DNA of 59,971 nt, counting the filler. It is 5 parts of 5 records of this genome, joined end to end, with 100 filler letters (N's around TTAATTAATTAA, not from the genome) between each part and the next. Parts side by side here need not be neighbours in the genome. Positions count along the whole stretch, not along the records: positions 46,110 to 52,973 come from DRR723986_5878; positions 53,074 to 59,971 come from DRR723986_5884; 3 more parts are not named here. One strand, 5' to 3'. Below the pieces are notes generated by a model. It saw nothing but the letters and a program-made list of their open reading frames with translations. It was not told the DNA's origin and did not search any database. Both the position numbers and the translations under genes were made by a program. Positions within the stretch are counted from its first letter, which is position 1, and the number at the start of each line of letters is the position of its first letter. Positions 51,356 to 59,971 of this stretch are shown one piece after another.

Positions 51356-52432
51356 TCAAACCTTGAAGTGCTTGCTCAGCTTCAGCCCCTGGCCTTGGTA
51401 GTTCGACGCGATGCCCGAGCCATAAAGCTGCGCCGGGATTTCGGACATGCGCTCGTAGACGAGGCGGCCGACCACCTGCCCGTGTTCCAGCACGAAGGGG
51501 GCTTCGTGGCAGCGCACTTCGAGCACGCCGCGCGCGCCTTCGCCGCCCGCAGGCGCATGACCGAACCCGGGGTCGAAAAAGCCCGCGTAATGCACGCGGA
51601 ATTCTCCGACCATGGCGAGGTAGGGGGCCATTTCCGCGGCGTAGCCCGGCGGGATGTGGACCGCCTCGCGGCTGACCAGAATGTAGAAGGCGCCGGGGTC
51701 GAGGATCAACTGCCCGGTGGTCGAGCGCAGCGAGTCCCAGTAATCCGCCGGGTCGTATTCGCCGATCCGGTCGAGGTCGATCACCCCGGTATGGGGCCGC
51801 GCGCGATAGCCAACGAGTCCACCCTCGCCGGGCATGAGGTCGACCGAAAAGCCCAGACCCTCGTTGATGACGGGCTCTCCACCAGAGACGAGCACGTGAT
51901 CGCGATGCAGGGCGGCCAGTTCGGCATCGCTGAGCACCGCGCGACCCCGGCGGAAGCGGATCTGGTTCAGCCGCATACCGGGCCGCACCAGAACCGAGAA
52001 GCTGCGCGGGCAGATCTCGGCGTAGAGGGGGCCGGTGTAACCCTCTGGAATGCGGTCGAATTCCACCCCGCCATCGGCGATCACCCGCGTCAGCAGGTCC
52101 AGCCGTCCGGTGGAGCTTTTGGCGTTGGCGATGGCCTGCGTGCCCTCGGGCAGGGCCAGACGCTCCATCAACGGCACGACGTAGACGCAGCCCTTTTCCA
52201 GCACCGCCCCGGCGGAAAGGTCGATCCGATGCATTTCGAACTGGGCAAGGCGGCTTTCGACGCTGGTGCCCTTGCCCGCAAGGAACGAGGCGCGCACCCG
52301 GTAGGCCACCGTCCCCAGCCGCAGATCGAGGCTGGCGGGCTGGACCTGCCCCTCGACGATCGGCTCGGCGGTGCCAATGGCGCCCGTTGCGATCAGCGTT
52401 TCAATCTGCTGGCTGGCCAGAACACCTGTCAT
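51356..52432 (-). CDS. dcd: 2'-deoxycytidine 5'-triphosphate deaminase (long alphaproteobacterial DCD type)
   Basis: QPASLDLRLG, KSSTGRLD, EFRVHYAGFFDPGFG, SNYQGQGLKLSKHF. Confidence 0.9.
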   Translation of the reverse strand: MTGVLASQQIETLIATGAIGTAEPIVEGQVQPASLDLRLGTVAYRVRASFLAGKGTSVESRLAQFEMHRIDLSAGAVLEKGCVYVVPLMERLALPEGTQAIANAKSSTGRLDLLTRVIADGGVEFDRIPEGYTGPLYAEICPRSFSVLVRPGMRLNQIRFRRGRAVLSDAELAALHRDHVLVSGGEPVINEGLGFSVDLMPGEGGLVGYRARPHTGVIDLDRIGEYDPADYWDSLRSTTGQLILDPGAFYILVSREAVHIPPGYAAEMAPYLAMVGEFRVHYAGFFDPGFGHAPAGGEGARGVLEVRCHEAPFVLEHGQVVGRLVYERMSEIPAQLYGSGIASNYQGQGLKLSKHFKV

Positions 52433-52488
52433 TGCCGTCTCTCCTTTGCGCCCGTCTTAGCAAGGGCTTGCGTGGAGGGGAACGGCGC

Positions 52489-52973
52489 TTAGAGGGGAAT
52501 CGCGGCCTCCTCCTCCGGTTCTTCCTCTTCCCGCAGGATCGCGTAATCGGCATCGAACCCCTGATCGTCCGCGGTCCGCGACAGCACTGCCAGAATCGCG
52601 GCACCTTCGGGCGTGGGGTCGAAGCCATCCTCGGGCAGGTCGCCGACGCGCGCGATGTCGTAGAGCAAGGTCGCTTCGCCCGTCACCTCGAGGTAGCGCA
52701 GGTCTATGGCATGGGGGCCCTCGGACAGGGCCAGTTCGGCGGTCATCAGGGTTTCGAGCGGCGCCTCAGCGCTGTCCAGGATGAGGGTGCCGTCGACCCA
52801 AAGCTGGGCGTGATCGTCCGCCTGCAGGCTTACGCTGTAGACGCCGCCGCTGCTCTCCAGCGTCTGGCTGTAGGAGACGGCCACGTGATCCGCCGCACCG
52901 CCGGTGCCGATGGCTTGATCGCTGTAGATGTGGTTGGGGGACTCGACCGTCTCTTCGCGATCGGCGGGCGCGG
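52489..52973 (-). CDS. C-terminal fragment of a PA14-like domain protein (5' partial)
   Basis: Frame open to the contig edge: ...DHVAVSYSQTL...GVYSVSLQADDHAQLWVDGTLILD...L.EGPHAIDLRYLE; acidic tail. Confidence 0.6.
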
Positions 52974-53073
52974 NNNNNNNNNNNNNNNNNNNNNNNNNNN
53001 NNNNNNNNNNNNNNNNNTTAATTAATTAANNNNNNNNNNNNNNNNNNNNNNNNNNNNNNNNNNNNNNNNNNNN
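52974..53073. other. Artificial contig spacer
   Basis: N44-TTAATTAATTAA-N44. Confidence 0.99.
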
Positions 53074-53790
53074 CCAGCCGATGCGCCAGCCGGTCATCGA
53101 GAAGTATTTCGAGAAGGAGTTGATGACGCAGACCTCGTCCGAAATTTCCAGCGCCGAGACGGCTTTGCGCTCGTATTCGATGCCGTGGTAGATCTCGTCC
53201 GAGAAGAAGCAGGCGCCCCGTCCCTGCGCATCCCCGATCAGCGCGGCCAGGGCCTCGCGGTCCAGCATGGTGCCGGTGGGGTTGCCGGGAGAGGCGACCA
53301 GAAGCCCCTGATAGTCCACGTCTTTCAGGTCCGACGGCACCAGTTGCAGGCGGTTGGCGTCCGAGGCCGGGATCTCTGTCGCGGTGATGTCCAACGCCTT
53401 CAGGATCTGCCGGTAGGAGGGGTAGCCGGGCCGTCCCAGAGCCATGCGGTCGCCCGCGTCGAGAAAGGCGGTGAAGGCCAGCAGGAAGGCCCCGCTGGAG
53501 CCGTTGGTGACGACCACCCGGCCGGGGTCGAGGTCGACGCCGTACCATTCGCCGTAAAGCGCGGCGATCCGGCGGCGCAGCGCGGGCAGGCCCAGCGAGA
53601 CGGTATAGCCAAGCGCGCCCTGCCCCATGGCCTCGGCCACCGCGCGACGCGCGCCTTCGGGCGCGGGGGTGCCGGGCTGGCCCACTTCCATGTGGACGAT
53701 CGAGCGGCCCGCCTCTTCGAGGCTGCGGGCCTCTTCCATGACGTCCATCACGATGAAGGGATCGACCGAACCGCGACTTGAATTCCGCAT
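53074..53790 (-). CDS. Class I/II PLP-dependent aminotransferase, 3' partial
   Basis: MEVGQP, P.NPTG, SDEIYHG, NSFSKYFSMTGWRIGW. Confidence 0.93.
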
Positions 53791-53848
53791 GGCTGCCTCT
53801 CTACTGTGCGCCGGACCACCGCCTACCCGCGACAGGAGCCCCGCGTCA

Positions 53849-55159
53849 ATGTCTGCCCTCCGGATCCTGCCCCTGCTGCTGTTCCTTGCCATGGCCGCCC
53901 TGCCCGCGCGCGCCGCGACGACCCTGCTGCGCGACGCGGACATGGAGCAGGCCCTGCAACAGCTTGCGGCGCCGATCCTCGCGGCGGCGGGGCTGGGCTC
54001 GTCGGGCGTGAAGATCCTCGTGATCGACGACGGCAGCCTGAACGCCTTCGTCACCGACCCGCGGCACATCTTCATCCATTCCGGCCTGCTTCTGCGCATG
54101 GGCAGCGCGCGCGAGTTGCAGGCGGTGATCGCCCATGAGGCGGCGCATATCGCCAATGGCCACATCACCCGGCGCATGGCCAACATGCGCACCGCCAGCA
54201 ACGCCGCCGGGCTGGGCCTGCTGCTGTCGGCCGCCGCCGCCGCCGCCGGATCGACCGAGGCCGCCGCCGGGATCGCCATCGGCACGCAGAGTTCCGCCAT
54301 GCGCCGCCTGTTCAGCCACACCCGCGCCGAGGAAGCCGCCGCCGATGCCTCTTCGGTGCGCTACATGATGCGCGCGGGCGCCAATCCGGCGGGCGCGGTC
54401 GAGGTGCTGGACATCTTCCGCGGCCAGGAGGCGCTGAGCGCCGGGCGGCAGGACCCCTACATGCGCACCCACCCGCTGACCCGCGACCGGATGCGCGCGG
54501 TCGAGGGGATGATCGCGGGCCACACCGCCCAGCCTGAGGATGCGACGGCCAACTACTGGTTCCAGCGCGCGCAGGGCAAGCTGTCCGCCTTCAAGCGGGC
54601 GCCCAACTGGACGCTGCGGCGGCTGGATACCTCGGGCAGCCGCGACATCGCGCTGATGCGAGAGGCCGTGGCATGGCACCGGCAGTCGAACCTGTCCAAG
54701 GCGCTGCGGGCCATCGACGGCGCGCTGGCGATCCGCCCGACCGATGCCTACTTCCTCGACCTCAAGGGCCAGATCCTGCTGGAATCGCGCCAGTTCGGCG
54801 CCGCCGTGCAGGTCTGGCAGGCCGCCGCCGCCCGCGCCCCGCGCGAGCCGCTGATCCTTGGCGGGCTGGGCCGCGCCTATCTTGCCGCCGGCAACCCCAA
54901 GGGCGCGCTGAACGCGCTGGAACAGGCCCGCGCCCGCGATTTCCGCGACGCGCGCATCCTGCGCGACCTCGCCGTGGCCTATGCCCAGACCGGCCAGCCT
55001 GCCATGGCATCCGTCGTCACCGCCGAACGCTACGCGCTGATGGGCCGACTGAAGGACGCCGAACTGCACGCGAAACGCGCGCTGGGCGCCCTGCCGCGCG
55101 GCTCTTCGCCATGGCAGCGCGCCGACGACGTGCTGCTTGCCGCCAAGCGCGCGAGGTGA
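53849..55159 (+). CDS. M48-family metalloprotease with TPR-like repeats (BepA/YfgC-like)
   Basis: Signal peptide, NAF, HEAAH zinc motif, E..AD, THP, helical C-terminal repeats; ATG 53849 follows AGGAG. Confidence 0.9.
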   Translation: MSALRILPLLLFLAMAALPARAATTLLRDADMEQALQQLAAPILAAAGLGSSGVKILVIDDGSLNAFVTDPRHIFIHSGLLLRMGSARELQAVIAHEAAHIANGHITRRMANMRTASNAAGLGLLLSAAAAAAGSTEAAAGIAIGTQSSAMRRLFSHTRAEEAAADASSVRYMMRAGANPAGAVEVLDIFRGQEALSAGRQDPYMRTHPLTRDRMRAVEGMIAGHTAQPEDATANYWFQRAQGKLSAFKRAPNWTLRRLDTSGSRDIALMREAVAWHRQSNLSKALRAIDGALAIRPTDAYFLDLKGQILLESRQFGAAVQVWQAAAARAPREPLILGGLGRAYLAAGNPKGALNALEQARARDFRDARILRDLAVAYAQTGQPAMASVVTAERYALMGRLKDAELHAKRALGALPRGSSPWQRADDVLLAAKRAR

Positions 55160-55222
55160 GGCCCCGGCTGTTGCTTCGCCCCGAAACCCTGTACCCTGAC
55201 CGCCACCCTACCGGAGTTCCCC

Positions 55223-55987
55223 ATGTTCACACGTCCCACCCTGACCGCCGCCGCCACCGCGCTGGCCCTGATCGCCGCCCCCGCCTCCGCGCAGGAGGCC
55301 TTTGACTTCGACGCCATGACAGAGGACCAGCGCGCCGCCTTCGGGGCGCAGGTGCGCGCCTACCTGATGGAGAACCCGCAGGTCATCATGGACGCCGTCG
55401 CGGTGCTGGAGGAACAGCAGGCCCAGCAGCAGGCGCAGGCCGACGACGCGCTGGTCACGGACAACCTCGACCGGCTGCTGAACGACGGCTATTCGTGGGT
55501 CGGCGGCAACCCCGAGGGCGACATCACCGTGGTGGAGTTCATGGACTACCGTTGCGGCTACTGCCGCAAGGCCCAGCCCGAGGTCGAGGAACTGATCGCC
55601 GCGGACGGCAACATCCGCCTGATCGTGAAGGAATTCCCGATCCTCGGAGAGGCCTCGCTGACCTCGTCGCAATTCGCCATCGCCACGCAGATCGTCGCGG
55701 GCGACGACGCCTACAAGGCCGTGCATGACGCGCTGATCGCGCTGGAAGGCGCCCCCGGAGAGCCGCAACTGCAACGCGTGGCCACGACGCTGGGGCTGGA
55801 CTACGACGCCATCGCCGCCGAGATGGGCAGCGACGAAGTGCAGCGCCGTATCGCCGAGACCCGCGCCCTGGCGGTGGACATGCAGATCAACGGCACGCCC
55901 AGCTTCGTCTTCGGCGAGCAGATGGTGCGCGGCTACGTGCCGCTTCAGGGCATGGAACAGATCGTCGCGCAACTGCGCGCGGAATGA
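55223..55987 (+). CDS. DsbA-family thioredoxin-fold protein (Com1/ScsC-like)
   Basis: Signal peptide, YLMENP, EFMDYRCGYC, KEFPIL, GTP cis-Pro loop. Confidence 0.92.
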   Translation: MFTRPTLTAAATALALIAAPASAQEAFDFDAMTEDQRAAFGAQVRAYLMENPQVIMDAVAVLEEQQAQQQAQADDALVTDNLDRLLNDGYSWVGGNPEGDITVVEFMDYRCGYCRKAQPEVEELIAADGNIRLIVKEFPILGEASLTSSQFAIATQIVAGDDAYKAVHDALIALEGAPGEPQLQRVATTLGLDYDAIAAEMGSDEVQRRIAETRALAVDMQINGTPSFVFGEQMVRGYVPLQGMEQIVAQLRAE

Positions 55988-56403
55988 TCCTGCGCCTTGC
56001 GGGCGGGCTGGCGGTCCTCGCGGGGGCCGCCGGTGCGCAGGACAGCCTGCGCGACCGCATCGACGCGCTGCGCGGGGCCGAGGCGCCGGTGATCGCGGGC
56101 GACCTCTATGCCGATGAGCGGAAGAGCGACCTCGCCCGAATCGCGGCGCGCGCGGGCGCGCTGTTTCCGCAGGGCGAGGCGATCGCGCTCTTCACCGGAC
56201 CGGATTGCGCAACCTGCGCCGAGGCGCTTGCGGAGGTGACGGCGCTGGGCCACCCGGTGGCGCTGCACGACACGGCCGACCCGGCCGCGGCGGCGCTGCA
56301 CGCGGCGCTGGCGCTGGACGCCCTCCCCGCCTACGTCATGGCGGACCGGCTGATCCGGGGCCAGATGCCCACCTTCGTGCTGGAGCGCTACCTGTCTGAG
56401 TGA
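55984..56403 (+). CDS. Small exported CxxC protein, thioredoxin/glutaredoxin-like
   Basis: Signal peptide, IALFTGPDCATC, LPAYVM..RLIRG; ATGA-coupled to the DsbA-family gene. Confidence 0.7.
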   Translation: MILRLAGGLAVLAGAAGAQDSLRDRIDALRGAEAPVIAGDLYADERKSDLARIAARAGALFPQGEAIALFTGPDCATCAEALAEVTALGHPVALHDTADPAAAALHAALALDALPAYVMADRLIRGQMPTFVLERYLSE

Positions 56404-56407
56404 GGGA

Positions 56408-56475
56408 AAGCCGCTTACAAGCGGCTTCGAACGCTCTTGAAAGAGCGGTGCAAGGCCCTTCGAAGGGCCTTGCAC
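56408..56475. repeat. Three back-to-back perfect inverted repeats
   Basis: AAGCCGCTT-AC-AAGCGGCTT; CGCTCTT-GA-AAGAGCG; GTGCAAGGCCCTT-CG-AAGGGCCTTGCAC. Confidence 0.9.
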
Positions 56476-56476
56476 T

Positions 56477-57604
56477 CTACTCAGCCGCCTGCGCGGCCTC
56501 GCGGGCGTCGATCTCTGCGGCCTTCTTCTCGACCTCTTCGACGATGTGCTCGATCATCTGGTCGTTCGACATCTTGTGGCTCGCCTTGCCGGCCAGATAG
56601 ACCATGCCCGACCCGTTGCCGCCGCCGGTGAAGCCCACGTCGGTCATCAGCGCCTCGCCGGGGCCGTTCACCACGCAGCCGATGATCGACAGAGACATCG
56701 GCGTCTTGATGTGTTCCAGCCTCTTTTCAAGGGCTTCCACGGTCTTGATCACGTCGAATCCCTGCCGCGCGCAGGACGGGCAAGAGATGATGTTCACGCC
56801 CCGGTGGCGCAGACCCAGCGACTTCAGGATCTCGTAACCGACCTTCACCTCTTCGACCGGATCGGCGGACAGCGAGACGCGGATCGTGTCGCCGATGCCC
56901 ATCCACAGCAGGTTGCCAAGGCCGATGGCGCTTTTGATCGTGCCGGACATCAGCCCGCCCGCCTCGGTGATGCCGAGGTGAATGGGCTTGTCCGTCGCCT
57001 CTGCGATGCCCTGATAGGCGGCGGCGGCGAGGAAGACGTCGGAGGCTTTCACCGAGATCTTGAACTCGTGAAAATCGTTGTCCTCGAGGATCTTGATGTG
57101 ATCCATGCCGCTTTCGACCATGGCCTCGGGGCACGGCTCGCCGTATTTCTCCAGCAGGTGCCGCTCCAGAGAGCCCGCGTTGACGCCGATCCGCATGGAA
57201 CAGCCGTGATCGCGGGCGGCCTTGATGACCTCGCGCACGCGGTCCTGAGAGCCGATGTTGCCCGGGTTGATGCGCAGGCAGGCGGCGCCCGCCTCGGCGG
57301 CCTCGATCCCGCGCTTGTAGTGGAAATGGATGTCCGCGACGATCGGCACCGGGCTTTCGCGCACGATCTCTTTCAGCGCCTTGGCGGAGTCCTGATCGGG
57401 CACCGACACGCGCACGATGTCGGCCCCGGCCTCCGCCGCCGCCTGCACCTGCGCGATGGTGCCCGCGATGTCGGTGGTGACGGTGTTCGTCATCGTCTGC
57501 ACCGAGATCGGCGCGTCGCCGCCCACCGGCACGTTGCCCACCATGATCTGGCGGGATTTCCGGCGGTAGATGTTGCGCCATGGGCGGACGTGGTTGAGGC
57601 TCAT
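56477..57604 (-). CDS. ispG: 4-hydroxy-3-methylbut-2-en-1-yl diphosphate synthase
   Basis: [50 protein letters not shown]. Confidence 0.98.
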   Translation of the reverse strand: MSLNHVRPWRNIYRRKSRQIMVGNVPVGGDAPISVQTMTNTVTTDIAGTIAQVQAAAEAGADIVRVSVPDQDSAKALKEIVRESPVPIVADIHFHYKRGIEAAEAGAACLRINPGNIGSQDRVREVIKAARDHGCSMRIGVNAGSLERHLLEKYGEPCPEAMVESGMDHIKILEDNDFHEFKISVKASDVFLAAAAYQGIAEATDKPIHLGITEAGGLMSGTIKSAIGLGNLLWMGIGDTIRVSLSADPVEEVKVGYEILKSLGLRHRGVNIISCPSCARQGFDVIKTVEALEKRLEHIKTPMSLSIIGCVVNGPGEALMTDVGFTGGGNGSGMVYLAGKASHKMSNDQMIEHIVEEVEKKAAEIDAREAAQAAE

Positions 57605-57665
57605 GGGGGATCGTCCTCTCGGTCGGGATGGGCAGCGCCCGTTGCGGCATAGGTAACGGCCCGGC

Positions 57666-57686
57666 CGCCGCGCTTCAAGCGCGGCG
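57666..57686. repeat. Inverted repeat upstream of ispG
   Basis: CGCCGCGCTT-C-AAGCGCGGCG, 10-bp arms. Confidence 0.75.
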
Positions 57687-57766
57687 CGGGGTCACGGGGG
57701 TGCTGTCACGAGGGTGTCACGCAGCCCGAGGCCCTGGCCCGCGCCGAAGCGCCGCCCCTGCGCCGT

Positions 57767-59692
57767 TCAGCGCTGGGGCAGTTGCGCCTGAAGGTTGAGT
57801 TCGGCCACCACCTTGGCCAGCGTCTGGTTCTGGCTGAGGTCCGCGACTTGCAGGCGCTGGGTGATGTCCGAGGCGTCCAGTTGCAGATTGCGCCCGAACT
57901 GGCCGCTTTCGCCGTAGGGCCCGTAGGTCTGGCCGTTCATCGCGAAATACACGCCGCCCGCATTGCCGGAGAAGATCTTGGGCGCTTCGGCGGTCTGCGG
58001 CACCTTGTAGGTGTCGCCGGGCTGCATTTCGGCGGCAAAGATCTTCTGGCCCGAGGGCAGAGAGACCTCGACCCAGGTGGCGGAGGTGGCGACGACGGTG
58101 ATGCCGGGCGCCGGCGTGGCGGTGACCTGAGGCACCTGCGGCAGCCGCTCTGGCTGGGCCTCGGCCATCTGCACCGGCGCGTCGGGTTGCGCCTCGGCCT
58201 GCTGGAGCGGGGCGCGGGGCTGCGGTGCCGGCGCAGCGGCCTGACCGTCGCGGACCCCCATGACCTGAGGCAGCGGCGCCGCCGGAGGCTGGGCCTCGGC
58301 GATGACGGAAACCGGCGCCGGCTCGGGTTGCGAGACGGGCACCACCGGCTCTGCCGGGGCGTATTGGGCGAAATGCACGGGCCGCAGCGCGGGCGACGGG
58401 CTGTCCGGCGCCTTGATGCGCAGAACCGGCTCGGGCGCCTCTGCGGCGGCGACGGCGACCGGCGCGGCGGCGGGCGCCCGCAGGTCCAGCGCCACGAGCG
58501 CGGTCAGCAGGTCCGCGTCGGCGCCGGGGCGCGCGGGCTGGAAGCGCTGAGTCAGATCGGCGGCCGCCAGCGACACGCCGGAGGTCACCGCCCCGCGCTG
58601 GCCCGCAGGCCCGTAGGTGGTGCCGTTGACGGTGAAATAGACCGCGCCGGATTCGCCCACCTGGATCTTGGGGGCGCGCGCGTCGCGGGGCACCGCATAG
58701 CTGTCGCCGGCGTTCATCACGCGGGAATAGAGCACGCGCCCGCCTTCGTCCTTGACCTGAACCCAGGCCGGGCGGGCGGCCACGACCATGACACCCTGCC
58801 CCGCGACCGAAGGCATGTCGGACGCGGGCGCGGCGCCTGCCACCAACTGCTCGGCAAGCGCGCTGGCCGCCACGGTGCTGTCCTGCACCTGCGGCAGACC
58901 GGCGGCCTGCCCGCCGAAGACGCCCACGCCCTCGGGGTCGAGGGTCGAGATCGGCGCATCGCGGGCCACGAGAACCGGCACGTCCAGCGCCTGCGGGCGA
59001 TAGAGCCGGTCGAAGGCCTCTGTCGTGGGTGGGGTGAAGACGCCGGCCATGGCATTCTCCGGCGGGCGGGCCGCAGAGGGCGAGATGGCCGCATCCAGCG
59101 GGTCGAGTTCGCTCAGCACCACGGGGGTCTGGTCGATCGGCGTCAGCTTCACGCGCTGCACCTCTTGCAGCACGGCATAGCCGCCGTAGCCGATCCCGGC
59201 GATCAGGCCGATCAGCACCAGCGAAGAGCCGATGGCGCGCGGTTCGATATTGGACAGGAACCCCTCGGAGGCGGGCGCGAAGGGCATCAGCGGCTCGCTC
59301 AGGGGGTTGCGGGGGCGGCTGCGCGGCTCGTCGATCGCATCCGCCTTGCGGATGGTCGAGGCCTTCTGCGACATGCCATGAGCGACGGAAAAGCCGCTTT
59401 CGGTGCAGAAATGGGCAAAGGCCTCATCCGGGTCCATGCCCAGATAGCGCGCGTAGGAGCGGACGTAGCCGGCGATGAACCCGGGCGTGTCGAAGACCGA
59501 CGGGTCGCAATTCTCGATGGCGGCGATGTAGCTGGCCTTGATGCGCAGCTCTCGCTGGACGTCCAGAAGGGACTTGCCCAGCGTCGCGCGCTCGCCGCGC
59601 ATGACGTCGCCGAGCCGCATGGTGAAGTCGTCGAAGCCCTGCTGAGAGACTTCGTCGGAACCGGTGCGTTTTTGGGTCATGCGCCCAATCAT
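57767..59692 (-). CDS. rodZ: RodZ-like protein (HTH, TM, two C-terminal DUF4115-type domains)
   Basis: LG..MRGER...YIAAIE...GYVRSYARYLG HTH, single TM, two WV.V...G..G.VYF..NG.TYGP domains; upstream of ispG; start 59692 (MIGR) preferred over 59716. Confidence 0.85.
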   Translation of the reverse strand: MIGRMTQKRTGSDEVSQQGFDDFTMRLGDVMRGERATLGKSLLDVQRELRIKASYIAAIENCDPSVFDTPGFIAGYVRSYARYLGMDPDEAFAHFCTESGFSVAHGMSQKASTIRKADAIDEPRSRPRNPLSEPLMPFAPASEGFLSNIEPRAIGSSLVLIGLIAGIGYGGYAVLQEVQRVKLTPIDQTPVVLSELDPLDAAISPSAARPPENAMAGVFTPPTTEAFDRLYRPQALDVPVLVARDAPISTLDPEGVGVFGGQAAGLPQVQDSTVAASALAEQLVAGAAPASDMPSVAGQGVMVVAARPAWVQVKDEGGRVLYSRVMNAGDSYAVPRDARAPKIQVGESGAVYFTVNGTTYGPAGQRGAVTSGVSLAAADLTQRFQPARPGADADLLTALVALDLRAPAAAPVAVAAAEAPEPVLRIKAPDSPSPALRPVHFAQYAPAEPVVPVSQPEPAPVSVIAEAQPPAAPLPQVMGVRDGQAAAPAPQPRAPLQQAEAQPDAPVQMAEAQPERLPQVPQVTATPAPGITVVATSATWVEVSLPSGQKIFAAEMQPGDTYKVPQTAEAPKIFSGNAGGVYFAMNGQTYGPYGESGQFGRNLQLDASDITQRLQVADLSQNQTLAKVVAELNLQAQLPQR

Positions 59693-59820
59693 GCGTGACT
59701 GCCCCATCTTACCCAACTTCCGTGACTGCCCGTAGTCTTTTGCACAGGCTGCGACTCGCGCAGCCCGCTTATTACGAGAAGCTTACCACACCACAAGGCG
59801 CATGACAGGTTTTACAGGGC

Positions 59821-59971
59821 TTACCCCGCCATTTCGGCACGATTCAGCGCACAATGGCTCCAGAGTTCATCCATCGCGCGAACGAGATGATCCATCTCCT
59901 TCGGGCCGTGAACCGGCGACGGGGTGAAGCGCAGACGCTCCGTGCCGCGCGGCACGGTGGGGAAGTTGATC
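59821..59971 (-). CDS. hemA: 5-aminolevulinate synthase, C-terminal fragment (window edge)
   Basis: Manual translation [49 protein letters not shown]. Confidence 0.9.
   Translation of the reverse strand, partial: INFPTVPRGTERLRFTPSPVHGPKEMDHLVRAMDELWSHCALNRAEMAG

Noticed and set aside
46054-59698. Long alternative ORFs (e.g. 46054-47424 -, 48732-50390 -, 51350-52492 +, 56546-57652 +, 57782-59698 +)
   Set aside because: Antisense or off-frame shadows of well-supported genes, expected in high-GC DNA; no recognisable motifs
1-59971. CRISPR arrays, transposases, integrases, prophage or defence genes
   Set aside because: No regularly spaced repeats or recognisable motifs of these families in any segment

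Overview
The window is not one locus. It is five unrelated contig pieces joined by 100-nt artificial spacers (N44-TTAATTAATTAA-N44) at 22622-22721, 37166-37265, 46010-46109 and 52974-53073. (1) 1-22621, a planctomycete (Pirellulaceae-like by protein style): rimO, a stand-alone HDOD gene, and a ~19-kb type IV pilus/T2SS-like cluster. The cluster holds pilB-pilT-pilB-pilC, four oversized prepilin-type proteins and a giant ~2076-aa PilX/GspK-like protein. (2) 22722-37165, a lower-GC alphaproteobacterium: two GNAT genes, clpA, clpS, PMM/PGM, a TimB-like J protein, mipZ, a Bax-like glucosaminidase, panC, an M28 peptidase, an orphan response regulator, mgtE, a VOC gene and a partial tRNA-Leu. (3) 37266-46009, a Burkholderiales housekeeping block: desaturase, RsmB-like methyltransferase, purN, ribF-ileS-lspA-coaBC-dut. 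(4) 46110-52973 and (5) 53074-59971, high-GC Rhodobacteraceae-type housekeeping blocks: argS-SPOR-nagZ-scpA-scpB, dcd and a PA14 fragment; then an aminotransferase, M48, DsbA, a CxxC mini-protein, ispG, rodZ and the hemA 3' end. The best candidate for a poorly described system is the planctomycete pilus cluster. It has two extension ATPases that differ in their MshEN c-di-GMP motif, a PilC with a two-helix membrane insertion, an internal sigma-54-type promoter and a giant Ca-motif-rich tip pilin. Taxonomy and family calls come from motif recognition; no database search was run. No CRISPR array, rRNA or mobile element was seen.
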